From a virus (Duplodnaviria; Caudoviricetes), in the IMG/VR virus record IMGVR_UViG_3300041097_000022, positions 1-44,417 of that record: DNA of 44,417 nucleotides. One strand, written 5' to 3'. Below are positions 35,333 through 44,417 of the stretch, in pieces. Within the stretch, counting starts at the first letter, position 1; every line of letters starts with the position of its first letter. The notes beneath the pieces are model-generated. The model had not been told where the DNA came from. It ran no database searches and saw only the letters and a program-made list of their open reading frames with translations. A program made the translations under genes and the position numbers.

Positions 35333-37099
35333 ATGGCAATTCAACTTGGAAGCGCGTACGGAAAAGTGGAACTGGATGCCAGCGGCGTCCAGCGCGGTGT
35401 TTCCACGTCGGTCACCAATTTCCAAAAACTGGCGACGATGGGGGAACGGTTGGGCGCTGCCATGAAGCGGGCTGGGACCATGATGACGCTGGGTATTACA
35501 TTGCCCATCCTGGCAATGGGAACGGCATCCATCAAAGCGGCAAGCGATCTGGAGGAAACCCGCAATAAGGTCAGTGTCGTCTTCGGTGATATGTCTGAGG
35601 ACGTTCTGGCGTGGGGAGAAAAATCTGCGCAGGCATTCGGGCAGAGCAAGCAACAGGCGCTTGAGGCGGCAGGCACATTCGGCAATCTATTCACCAGCAT
35701 GGGATTGGGCACTGATGAATCCGCCAAAATGTCCGAGGGACTGGTGGAACTGGCCGCAGACCTGGCATCGTTCAATAACATGGACCCCACAATCGTCCTG
35801 GAAAAACTACGATCCGGTTTGGTGGGAGAGGTGGAACCGCTCCGGACGCTGGGCGTCAACCTAACCATGACAGCGACCAAAGCAAAAGCCATGGAGATGG
35901 GATTGGCGGATGCAAATGGAGAGGTCTCACAAGCCGCGCTGGTTCAGGCACGCTATGCTCTCATCCTGGAACAAACATCGAATGCGCAGGGAGATTTTGC
36001 CCGGACATCGGAAGGGTTGGCAAATCAATCGCGCATCCTGAAAGCTGAACTTCAAAATGCACTGGCGATGCTGGGGCAAAATCTACTGCCTATTGTCCTC
36101 GAGGTGGTAAAGGGACTGAACATCCTCCTTGAAAAATTCAATGCTGCACCACCATTCGTTCAAAGGATGGTCATCAGCTTTGGAGTATTGCTCGCACTTG
36201 CCGGTCCAACCCTGAGCTTCTTTGGCACAGTGATCAGCGGGGTTTCCGGGCTGATCGGAATTATGGGGACCGCTGGAATTTCGATCACGACCGTAGGAAC
36301 TGCACTATCCACGGTTGGATCCGTGATTTTTGGGACGGTCATCCCTGCGATCGGGGCGGCGATCGTCGCAGCTCTGCCATTGATCCTGGCATTGGCTGCA
36401 ATCGCGGCCGGAGTGTATTTCGTCTATTGGGCGTTCAAAAATAATTTCATGGGCATCACGACCACGGCGAAGCAACTCTGGTTCATCATCAAATATGAAT
36501 TCAACCAGGGCTGGGAAAATATAAAAGCGAAATCAACAGAGGGTTGGGTCCAGATGAATGACCTCTTCAAGAGAGGATCTGATAGCATCCATGAGATCTG
36601 GCTCAAGTTCACGCAGCTGCTGCAAACGCTCCTGCAGCTATTGTTCAATTGGATCGTGGAATGGGCACGCACTACCGTCCAAAGCATTTTCAACATGTTC
36701 AATGTGGATTGGTCGCAGATCGGATCGAACATCATCAACGGGATCATCAACGGCTTGCGGGCGATGTGGGATAGCCTGGTGGCACTGGCACAGGAGATCG
36801 CTCAATCGGTGCTGGATTCCTTCGATGATGTCATGGAGATGGGCAGCCCGAGCCAGGCGATGGCGAAACGGGGAATAAATTCGGCGCTAGGCTACATGCA
36901 GGGGATGCGCAACGGATTGAACCCGTTCGTTGTTCAACAACTGGCGGCAATGCCATTGCAGGCGCTGGATAGCGGCAGCCATATCCAACAGATCAATCAT
37001 TTCAGCAGAGGCCTCACCACCACACAGGCGGCGCGGATGATGAATGATTCCATGCCGGTGATCATGGACCGCCTGGCAGGAATGTTGGAGGAGGATTAA
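35333..37099 (+). CDS. Tape measure protein
   Basis: QLGSAYGKVELD, MTLGITLPI, ELAADLASFNN, GDFART; hydrophobic middle; Trp-spaced repeats; GSPS motif. Confidence 0.92.
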   Translation: MAIQLGSAYGKVELDASGVQRGVSTSVTNFQKLATMGERLGAAMKRAGTMMTLGITLPILAMGTASIKAASDLEETRNKVSVVFGDMSEDVLAWGEKSAQAFGQSKQQALEAAGTFGNLFTSMGLGTDESAKMSEGLVELAADLASFNNMDPTIVLEKLRSGLVGEVEPLRTLGVNLTMTATKAKAMEMGLADANGEVSQAALVQARYALILEQTSNAQGDFARTSEGLANQSRILKAELQNALAMLGQNLLPIVLEVVKGLNILLEKFNAAPPFVQRMVISFGVLLALAGPTLSFFGTVISGVSGLIGIMGTAGISITTVGTALSTVGSVIFGTVIPAIGAAIVAALPLILALAAIAAGVYFVYWAFKNNFMGITTTAKQLWFIIKYEFNQGWENIKAKSTEGWVQMNDLFKRGSDSIHEIWLKFTQLLQTLLQLLFNWIVEWARTTVQSIFNMFNVDWSQIGSNIINGIINGLRAMWDSLVALAQEIAQSVLDSFDDVMEMGSPSQAMAKRGINSALGYMQGMRNGLNPFVVQQLAAMPLQALDSGSHIQQINHFSRGLTTTQAARMMNDSMPVIMDRLAGMLEED

Positions 37100-37491
37100 T
37101 GGCAAGCAGATATAAGATCGGCTTAACCGTCGAAACACTCACGAGCCTGGACGAATTGGCAACACCGCTGCCGGACCCTCAATCTGAATTCCGCCAGTAC
37201 CGGAAAAAGGTTCGGCTTGGAAACCAGAAAATGCACGGCTTGGGTCCGCAAACCGTCGTCTGGGAATTCCCATTGCTGGATACTGATCAGCAGGGATTGA
37301 TCGACGGTTTCCAGATCGACGATCCGATCTACATCCAATCTCCGGACAAGGATGAGGTGGACACCATTTATGAGGTGCTGGCAAATATTCCAGATTCACG
37401 CGAGAGCGGGAGCCATAAATCCAGTTTTCCCGGATATCGCACCGGTTTCATGTTTGAGTTCACGATCCTCAGCGAAGTGGCAGGCAGTTGA
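37099..37491 (+). CDS. Distal tail protein (putative)
   Basis: 130 aa directly after the tape measure. Confidence 0.5.
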   Translation: MASRYKIGLTVETLTSLDELATPLPDPQSEFRQYRKKVRLGNQKMHGLGPQTVVWEFPLLDTDQQGLIDGFQIDDPIYIQSPDKDEVDTIYEVLANIPDSRESGSHKSSFPGYRTGFMFEFTILSEVAGS

Positions 37492-40400
37492 TGCGCTCAA
37501 TTACTGCAGGCGAATTGCTGAAACTGCGTGCCGAGGGTCAATGGAGCCGGTTATTCCTGGCTGGACTTGAAGCGCCTCGCGTAATCTTTGCGGCCAGGGT
37601 GAACCAGGCATTTGCCACTCATGCGAATTGGGACAACGAGGAACGTGATGAGATATTGGAGATCGCCTACGACACGGTCACGACGGGCGCTTATACCGAT
37701 ATCATCCCTGGCATGACTCTGTGGGTGGGGAGCGCGGCAGGGACGCATGACCTGGGACAAGCACGGATAAGAAAGACCTGCACCTCCACAAAACTATATA
37801 TCGGTGAGGAGAGCGACATTGATTGGGATGACAATGTCTATCTGACCGTCATCGATGAGTTCGGGCTTTGGGCGCGGCACGTCAAGATGACCGCCGGAGT
37901 CCCGTACATGGATGGGGATGTTGCCTATTCAAACCAGCATGATGATTTTGCGCCCGTGCCTGTGATGGGAAGCGATGTGGTCCTGGATGTGGAAACCTAT
38001 CCAGTCACAGCCGCCTTCGATGCCAGCGAATCATGGGTGCCTGGCAGCACGATCAAAGCCTATTTGTGGAGCGCGTCCGCGGGGAGCTGGGATGACAATA
38101 CATCCGCCACGCCCACACTCACGGTTAATTCATATCCAGCCAATGGATTGATCAGAATATCCTGCCGGGTAACCTCGAACAATGGCGATGTTCAAACCAC
38201 CGGCTACCGATTCGTGCGCGTTTATGATGCGGATAATCCTGCAGAGACTGTGTTCCGGTTGACCTCGTTTGAGGGAGATTATGAGACTGGAGGATGGTCA
38301 TTTCAGGTGACCATGCTTGGGGATGTTTCGGATGTTCGGGACCGTACGCCGGTACTCCTGTTTGCCAGGGATTATCATGACGGCACTACCAGGGAGGAGA
38401 TCGGGCAGCAGGCAGATCGCGAGAATATCGTTTGCAGCGGATGGGTGGATGGAGAGACGATCCAATTCAACCCGGAGGAAAACTCGGTCACCTTCAGCGT
38501 GAAGGGTCCGCAATTCTGGCTTGGCAAAATGCCTGGATTTCCTCCAGGAGTCGAGAGGCAGACCGGTTCGACCGGTTCATGGGCGACCATACCCAACCTA
38601 ACAGTAGACCGCGCCCTGTGGCATCTGCTGCACTGGAGATCCACGGCAAGCACGGTCATGGATGTCCTGCTCACCGGCGATACACGGAATGCAGATGTGT
38701 TCGAGGTCTCGACCGAATCGTTGTGGGGGCAGATCAAGGAAATAGCCGGGAAAATATTGGCAGGTCCGGGATGTGACCGCTACGGCAGGTTGTTCGTTGA
38801 GATCGAACCTCAACTGGTCCCGGTGGCAGATCGGACCTGGACCGAGGTGATGACAATCACGGAAGCGGATTGGATCGAACGAATCACATATCAACGGAAT
38901 ATTGTTGATCCGGTTTCGCTGCTGGACCTGTCGGGTGTGGCGATTCCCGGGTTGGGTCTGCCAGCCAAACCGTATTTCTCGCTTGCGACCGGACATCTAT
39001 TCAAACGATATGGGAGTATCCAAACCAGGGACCGGCTGCTGTTGAACACGCAGGCGGAAGCGAATGAATTGGCGGGATTGGATATGGGTCGAATTAACAA
39101 TCCGTATCCGCGCATGGAAATTCCCATAAGCACGAACAACCGCATGATCGACCTGTTCCCGAGGCAATATTGCAATATCACCATTGGCGCAACCGACACA
39201 TTGATCGGAAAGGAATATAGCGGGAGGATCATCCCGCGTTCGATTTCAATCACATGGGATGACGAAGCCGGGACGCTGCTGCCGACTGTGACGTTCGAGG
39301 CGGAGAGCTTTCCGACGCTTGCCATCGATGGCGATCCACCCAGTAACCCGAATTCTCCGCCATCCATTACACCCGTTACTCCGCCGGTGATCATCCCTGG
39401 TGAACCGCCCGAGGAAGGTCCGCATGTTGTGCTGGTTTATTCGCATGATTATGGTTTTAAATACACGAAAAACTTCCAGGATGGCGATGATGCTCTGTGG
39501 TTCTTCATGAACGATGGATTGACTGAAGACCAGTATAAGGGCGGGACAATACCTCCCGTTCGGAAGGTGTTTTTGTCGCCTACCGGAATGATCTACGCCA
39601 TGATACACGACCCAGCGGACCCGCTGCATGTTTCGAATGGGCGCGGATGTACCCATATATTCACCTGTGGCGGGGTTGGCGAGGCATGGTCTGAGTGGTT
39701 TTATGTTGGCGATGATCCTTATCTGGAAGTTGGTTACACCCCAGACGATACGAGAATTATTGTCATGGATGCCAACCCGAATGACGGCAGTCTGTTTCTG
39801 GTTTTTGGCGAAAAGAACAAGATGGAGATAGGTCTGGCGACCGACTCATCCATGACGATTATCGGGCATGGCGATCCGCTCGATCCGCACTTGGACACGA
39901 ACACAAGAATGGGGCAGGCGTTTTATCAGCTCACAGATGACAAATGGCGGGTCCTGCATGGCGAGTCGAATATATTTGGTTCGGCTGCCCACTCATCAGT
40001 CGGTTCGGATGGCACATACGATCTTACAGAGCACACCGCAATGAACGACTTTGGCGATATTTCTGTTGAAGCCGATGTCGATTACAACCTGGTGATAGGT
40101 CCGTCCGGGATGCTGATGTACGTTAAGTTGGACTATGTCGTAAAGGTCCTGGGAGCGTTCGAGGATATCGTCACCGGCGACAAATACAGCACCGGGATAC
40201 CGGCATCCACAGAGAATTTGCAGAAAAACGGAATGCTTGCTGTGTCGCCGGATGGACAATATTTGATGGGCGGGACTGGAGGCGTGGCAGTTGGGAGACG
40301 CTCATCGGATGGAGGCGCAACTTGGGGCAACGTAAGCAATACTGTCAATGGATGCAAGGCATGGGCAAACTGCGGCGACAGTCTGCAATGGATCGCGGCA

Positions 40401-40538
40401 GTAGGCACACACGTTTATTGGTCGGATGATTGGGGCGAGACATGGAGTGATCATAGCGGGAATATCACGACACTGACCGGAGGGCTTGCGCCGGGATTCT
40501 ACTTTGTCGTCGTATTGCCCGAGGCGGAGAGTGGTTGA
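37488..40538 (+). CDS. Tail tip/baseplate protein with PKD-like domain and C-terminal beta-propeller (BNR repeats)
   Basis: FDASESW...YLWS; Pro-rich linker; RSSDGGATW and WSDDWGETW BNR boxes. Confidence 0.7.
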   Translation: MMRSITAGELLKLRAEGQWSRLFLAGLEAPRVIFAARVNQAFATHANWDNEERDEILEIAYDTVTTGAYTDIIPGMTLWVGSAAGTHDLGQARIRKTCTSTKLYIGEESDIDWDDNVYLTVIDEFGLWARHVKMTAGVPYMDGDVAYSNQHDDFAPVPVMGSDVVLDVETYPVTAAFDASESWVPGSTIKAYLWSASAGSWDDNTSATPTLTVNSYPANGLIRISCRVTSNNGDVQTTGYRFVRVYDADNPAETVFRLTSFEGDYETGGWSFQVTMLGDVSDVRDRTPVLLFARDYHDGTTREEIGQQADRENIVCSGWVDGETIQFNPEENSVTFSVKGPQFWLGKMPGFPPGVERQTGSTGSWATIPNLTVDRALWHLLHWRSTASTVMDVLLTGDTRNADVFEVSTESLWGQIKEIAGKILAGPGCDRYGRLFVEIEPQLVPVADRTWTEVMTITEADWIERITYQRNIVDPVSLLDLSGVAIPGLGLPAKPYFSLATGHLFKRYGSIQTRDRLLLNTQAEANELAGLDMGRINNPYPRMEIPISTNNRMIDLFPRQYCNITIGATDTLIGKEYSGRIIPRSISITWDDEAGTLLPTVTFEAESFPTLAIDGDPPSNPNSPPSITPVTPPVIIPGEPPEEGPHVVLVYSHDYGFKYTKNFQDGDDALWFFMNDGLTEDQYKGGTIPPVRKVFLSPTGMIYAMIHDPADPLHVSNGRGCTHIFTCGGVGEAWSEWFYVGDDPYLEVGYTPDDTRIIVMDANPNDGSLFLVFGEKNKMEIGLATDSSMTIIGHGDPLDPHLDTNTRMGQAFYQLTDDKWRVLHGESNIFGSAAHSSVGSDGTYDLTEHTAMNDFGDISVEADVDYNLVIGPSGMLMYVKLDYVVKVLGAFEDIVTGDKYSTGIPASTENLQKNGMLAVSPDGQYLMGGTGGVAVGRRSSDGGATWGNVSNTVNGCKAWANCGDSLQWIAAVGTHVYWSDDWGETWSDHSGNITTLTGGLAPGFYFVVVLPEAESG

Positions 40539-42457
40539 TGAATAAGATTATCAAGTCCGTAAAGAAAGTCATTCAGAAATCCACGGCTCCAAAAATGTGG
40601 CCTGCCACGATCGTCACATCCGGCAGCCGGACGGGCTACACAAAAGTCAAATTCTCAAATGGTTTTGAAATGGATGTTTTGAATTATCGAATAGCATCCA
40701 AACCGGACATGAAAATATCGGTCGGTTATGACCCGATGATGCCTGGCGCTCTGCAAGTTTTGGGTATTCGGGAAGACCTGAGGTATTTGGGCGAGAATTC
40801 AGCTTACACCTTCTTCATTGTTGACCACCACCAGAACCACGAATATCCCAACCATGACGTGATTTGGGTGCAGGGTGCTCAATTTATCCCAAACAATGTG
40901 CTGCCAGTCCCTGACACCCTGAATATTCGGGTTTATGGGAGCACCATGCGGACGGCTGGCGATTGGGTTGCCATGCGCTCCACGACAATGGATATGACCG
41001 CGCGTGTCCCGGCGACCGGCTCGAGGTACGTTCTGGTTGAAATGGATACGGATGGAACCGCCATTGCCACAAACGGAACAATAAAGACTCTTCCTTTGCT
41101 CACAATTGGAGACATTCCAGAACCGACTTCCGGAAGGATGCCGATTGCCGCTGTGTTGCTTCGGGCAGGACAGACCACGATTGTACGGGATGTGAGGAGT
41201 GGGCATAGAAACGACATCATCGACCTTCGGTGGAGCGGCTGGTCAAGAGGCGGTAGGGCGGACGACTTCGATATGGCAGGTGCCATCCATGATGCAACTG
41301 CTTCCGCCATCACCGATGATGATGAGATGGGGTTTTGGGAGAGCGTCGCGGCGGGTCTTCGGAAGATAACGTGGGCGAATGTGGTCGCCACGTTGAAGAC
41401 TTACTTCGATACGCTTTATGCGGTGGTAGCAACCGGAATGCCTGCTGGCGGGTTGGCTGGGCAGGTTTTGGCAAAAGACACCGGTACGGACTATGATGTC
41501 TCCTGGCAGGATGTTGCCAGTGCTGCCACCGGCGATATTGTGTTTCACATAGATGGCGCTTTATCCGTTGAGGATGATGTCCCGAATGCAAACATTGCCA
41601 CCAAAAATATAAGTGTCGAGGCTGTTTATCTATATTGCAAAACCCTGGGCACTGCAGGCTCCACGATCATTGATATTTTGTGCAATGGAACCAGCATTCT
41701 TAACGATGGAATCACCGACAATCGCCTGGTATTAGCCTACGATGATGCAAATCAATGGGTGAGCGCCATCCCACTCACATTTGATTTTGTCGAAGGGGAT
41801 ATTTTTACTGTGAACATTGACCAAATTGCCACCGGCGCGGCAGATGCTGTGGTTGTTCTGGCTATTGGGACCGGTGGCACGATGTCACATTTCAATTTGA
41901 CAGTCGAAGAGGCGGATGGTTCCCCGTCATTGCCAAACATAGACACGATCGAGTTTGCGGGCGCGACAGTCGAGAATGATGCTGGTAAAGCCAAGGTCAC
42001 GGCTTTGGGCAAACTAATGCAGATGGTCTCGACCGAATATACGACCATGTCCACTGGGACGACATTGATTCCCGGAGATGACACGATTCCGCAGAACACG
42101 GAAGGTGACGAGTATTTCACTTGCTCGATTACCCCGATGTTTTCCACAAGCAAACTTCGGATAGATGTGAATGTGTACGGTTCTCACAGTGCGTCCGGAG
42201 GCGCGCTCACGGTTGCTTTATTCAAGGATACCGACGTCAATGCGATTGGTGTGGGGAGGGTGTTGGCTTCGGCGAACTACATGCGTAATGTTTCGTTCAC
42301 CCGTGTCATAGATGCAAGCACAACGAGCACAATTACGTTCAAGATTCGGGCTGGCTCAGGAACTGCCGGTACGACAACCATCAATGGCAACTCTGGAACT
42401 CGGTATTTCGGAGGGATATTGGTATCCTCGATAGTCATCACGGAGATTCGACAATGA
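40535..42457 (+). CDS. Tail fibre / minor tail protein
   Basis: RKITWANVVATLKTYFDTLY and GQVLAKDTGTDYDVSW fibre motifs; C-terminal beta-sandwich ending SSIVITEI. Confidence 0.7.
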   Translation: MMNKIIKSVKKVIQKSTAPKMWPATIVTSGSRTGYTKVKFSNGFEMDVLNYRIASKPDMKISVGYDPMMPGALQVLGIREDLRYLGENSAYTFFIVDHHQNHEYPNHDVIWVQGAQFIPNNVLPVPDTLNIRVYGSTMRTAGDWVAMRSTTMDMTARVPATGSRYVLVEMDTDGTAIATNGTIKTLPLLTIGDIPEPTSGRMPIAAVLLRAGQTTIVRDVRSGHRNDIIDLRWSGWSRGGRADDFDMAGAIHDATASAITDDDEMGFWESVAAGLRKITWANVVATLKTYFDTLYAVVATGMPAGGLAGQVLAKDTGTDYDVSWQDVASAATGDIVFHIDGALSVEDDVPNANIATKNISVEAVYLYCKTLGTAGSTIIDILCNGTSILNDGITDNRLVLAYDDANQWVSAIPLTFDFVEGDIFTVNIDQIATGAADAVVVLAIGTGGTMSHFNLTVEEADGSPSLPNIDTIEFAGATVENDAGKAKVTALGKLMQMVSTEYTTMSTGTTLIPGDDTIPQNTEGDEYFTCSITPMFSTSKLRIDVNVYGSHSASGGALTVALFKDTDVNAIGVGRVLASANYMRNVSFTRVIDASTTSTITFKIRAGSGTAGTTTINGNSGTRYFGGILVSSIVITEIRQ

Positions 42458-43254
42458 AAAAAGGTGATGTCCAGTTAGCCCGTCCACAAGTCCTGTATAA
42501 AGGCACAACTGCCGCCATCGAAGCATTGACCGGAATAGCCGAGGGCGCAATTGCTTATTCGACTGATGACAATTTGCTTGGAACATACAATGGTACAACA
42601 TGGGATTGGAATGCTCATGATTATGCTCCAACTTCCGGGTGGATTGAAATCTCCGCAACATGGACGCGAACAGGAAACCATACGTTCACGGTTTCGGGCG
42701 ATGTGACTGCCACCTATCGCACGGGCACAAGGGTGCGCTATAAAGACGGCGGCGCTTATGAATATGGGGTTGTTCAGTCATCATCCTATTCAGCCCCGAA
42801 TACGACCGTCACGTTGGCGACGAATGATGATTATGCTATGGCGGCGGCAACGATCACGGATACGGCGATTTCATACATCGAAAATCCGGAAGGATATCCG
42901 CATTGGTTCAATTACACTCCTACAGGTTCCGCGTCCGGTTCCATGACCTACACAGTCACCACCATCAACCGCGCCAAATTTGCTGTTTCAGGGCGCAGAT
43001 GTGATGTTTCCATTTATGTCGTCGGCACAACAGGAGGCACAGCCAGCAATACTCTTTACCTCACCTATCCCATCACTCCATCCAATTATGACGACTGTCT
43101 CGCGGCTGCTACCCGCGATGCCACAACCGGTCCCCCGGATCTCGGGCGCGGTTCCGCCAATGCCGCCGGTTTGTTTTGCCGCAAGTACGACGCTTCAAAT
43201 TATGGTCTCAACACCGGTCGTTATTTCATACTCACCGGTTACTATCTGCTCTAA
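42454..43254 (+). CDS. Tail fibre / receptor-binding accessory protein
   Basis: Thr-rich; TFTVSGDVTATY..GTRVR, PEGYPHWFNYTPT. Confidence 0.65.
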   Translation: MKKGDVQLARPQVLYKGTTAAIEALTGIAEGAIAYSTDDNLLGTYNGTTWDWNAHDYAPTSGWIEISATWTRTGNHTFTVSGDVTATYRTGTRVRYKDGGAYEYGVVQSSSYSAPNTTVTLATNDDYAMAAATITDTAISYIENPEGYPHWFNYTPTGSASGSMTYTVTTINRAKFAVSGRRCDVSIYVVGTTGGTASNTLYLTYPITPSNYDDCLAAATRDATTGPPDLGRGSANAAGLFCRKYDASNYGLNTGRYFILTGYYLL

Positions 43255-43281
43255 AAGGCGAAACAAAATGAATAAGTAATT

Positions 43282-43310
43282 AACATCCCCGTCATTGACG
43301 GGGATGTTTT
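43282..43310. terminator. Terminator between the convergent late operon and tRNA operon
   Basis: AACATCCCCGTCA-T-TGACGGGGATGTT then TT; 13-bp perfect inverted repeat. Confidence 0.75.
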
Positions 43311-43354
43311 ACAGGAGTGAAGAAAACAATGGGAATGCTGTGTCTACGGAAAGG

Positions 43355-43427
43355 TGGACCCAGGGGGATTCGAACCCCCGACCTTCTCAATGCCATTGAG
43401 ACGCGCTCCCAACTGCGCTATGGGCCC
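43355..43427 (-). tRNA. tRNA-Ala (GGC)
   Basis: Cloverleaf GGGCCCA...TCTCA-ATGGCAT-TGAGA...GGGGGTTCGAATCCCCC-TGGGTCC-A; G3:U70 pair. Confidence 0.97.
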
Positions 43428-43434
43428 GGATAAC

Positions 43435-43499
43435 CAGTATTCAGTTTTCAGAGTTCAGTCTTCAATGTTCAGCGTTCAGTTTGCAGTGACTGATAACTG
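43435..43499. repeat. Degenerate heptamer tandem repeat (CAGnnTT x7) with short inverted tail
   Basis: cagtatt cagtttt cagagtt cagtctt caatgtt cagcgtt cagtttg cagtg actgataactg. Confidence 0.8.
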
Positions 43500-43504
43500 G
43501 CCTG

Positions 43505-43577
43505 TGGACCTGAGGGGATTCGAACCCCTGACCTCCTCAGTGCGATTGAGGCGCGCTCCCAACTGCGCTACAGGCCC
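43505..43577 (-). tRNA. tRNA-Ala (CGC)
   Basis: Cloverleaf GGGCCTG...CCTCA-ATCGCAC-TGAGG...AGGGGTTCGAATCCCCT-CAGGTCC-A. Confidence 0.97.
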
Positions 43578-43595
43578 GGTGATAAGGCGAAGGAC

Positions 43596-43624
43596 ATTCT
43601 ACCTGAGGCGGAAAGGGATGTCAA
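43596..43624 (-). promoter_or_regulatory. sigma70 promoter of the tRNA-Ala pair
   Basis: Minus strand TTGACA (43624-19), 17 nt, TAGAAT (43601-596). Confidence 0.8.
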
Positions 43625-43709
43625 GAATTGGTTTTTGTGCATATAATCCCTTTTATCGTCTTCCGCGGGATTTGCTCCTCCTGACTGCCGCCAAATAACC
43701 AGGTGCCGC

Positions 43710-44417
43710 ATGACCGATACCCAGCCCCAACCCGTCTACCGCATCACCGACCTGCACGCCTCGGAGCGGCCGCGCGAGCGGCTGGCTGCCCAGGGACCGC
43801 AGGCACTCAGCAATGCCGAGCTGATCGCCATCCTGCTGCGGGTGGGCATCCAGGGTGAGAATGCCGTCAGCGTGGCACAGCGCCTGCTCAACAAGTTCGG
43901 CGGACTGTCCGGGCTGCACCGGGCACCCTTCGCGGAATTAAAGAGTCAGCGCGCCATCGGCGAGGCGAAAGCCGCGCAGATCAAGGCTGCCATCGAGCTG
44001 GGAAGGCGCTTGACACTCGAATCGCCGGAGGAGCGCCCCTCCATCAACTCCCCCGCCGACGCGGCTGCGCTCGTCGCCTACGAGATGTCGGCGCTGGAGC
44101 AGGAACATCTGCGCGTCATGCTGCTTGATCGGCGCAACCACGTTTTGGATATCGTGGAGATCTACAAGGGCTCGGTCAATTCCTCCCAAATACGGGTGGG
44201 GGAAGTTTTCAAGGAGGCGGTCCGGCGCAATGCCTCGGCGCTGATCGTCATTCACAACCACCCCAGCGGCGACCCGACCCCCAGCCCGGATGACGTGGCA
44301 GTGACGCGTGCCATTGTCCAGGCGGGCAAGCTGCTGGACATGGACGTGCTTGATCACATGATCATCGGTCATGGGAAATGGGTCTCGCTAAAAGAACGAG
44401 GGTTGGGGTTCGTCTAG
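43710..44417 (+). CDS. radC: RadC family JAB-domain protein (host gene)
   Basis: ERPRERL...[51 protein letters not shown]. Confidence 0.96.
   Translation: MTDTQPQPVYRITDLHASERPRERLAAQGPQALSNAELIAILLRVGIQGENAVSVAQRLLNKFGGLSGLHRAPFAELKSQRAIGEAKAAQIKAAIELGRRLTLESPEERPSINSPADAAALVAYEMSALEQEHLRVMLLDRRNHVLDIVEIYKGSVNSSQIRVGEVFKEAVRRNASALIVIHNHPSGDPTPSPDDVAVTRAIVQAGKLLDMDVLDHMIIGHGKWVSLKERGLGFV

Larger units (their letters stand above)
1..43352. mobile_element. Temperate prophage (siphovirus-like), right end next to the 3' end of tRNA-Ala(GGC); left end outside window
   Basis: Continuous run of repressor/cro, primase, lysis, terminase, capsid, portal, tail tube, tape measure and fibre genes ending about 100 bp from a tRNA 3' end; the radC beyond is visibly GC-richer. 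No attL duplicate seen in the window. Confidence 0.93.

Noticed and set aside
40535-43254. Diversity-generating retroelement or invertible tail-fibre cassette
   Set aside because: No reverse transcriptase, no template/variable repeat pair, no invertase or inverted crossover sites seen
43435-43499. Heptamer repeat as a novel element
   Set aside because: Degenerate 7-mer tracts are a familiar intergenic feature in some bacteria; it lies on the host side between the tRNAs
43354-43698. 114-aa ORF MDPGGFEPPT...
   Set aside because: Antisense translation of the two tRNA genes

Overview
Almost the whole window (about 1-43,350) is a temperate tailed prophage with a siphovirus-type gene set. Its right end abuts two host tRNA-Ala genes and radC; its left end and probably its integrase lie outside the window. 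The modules, left to right, are: (1) a cI/cro-type switch with palindromic operators; (2) an early operon with a Xer-like tyrosine recombinase, a dif-like site, a primase/P-loop protein, iteron-like repeats and a ParM/ParR pair, plus DnaJ-, ASCH-, DUF5131- and small Zn-finger genes; (3) a moron with its own promoter carrying SNF2 helicase + IbrA/YbdN + IbrB/YbdM; (4) a structured late leader with a terminator; (5) lysis genes, terminase and a fused protease-scaffold-capsid gene; (6) a glycosyltransferase/methyltransferase/Maf-like cluster; (7) head-tail genes, a displaced portal gene and the tail genes. The leading candidate for a novel system is virion glycosylation: the capsid and tail tube both end in Ser. 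Other highlights are a plasmid-like maintenance module, 46-bp hairpin+RBS repeats bracketing a gene, a possible attenuator in the late leader and a probable +1 frameshift in the tail chaperone. Product calls come from motif recognition only; no database search was run. The host may be Chloroflexota/Anaerolineae, but that is a weak impression.
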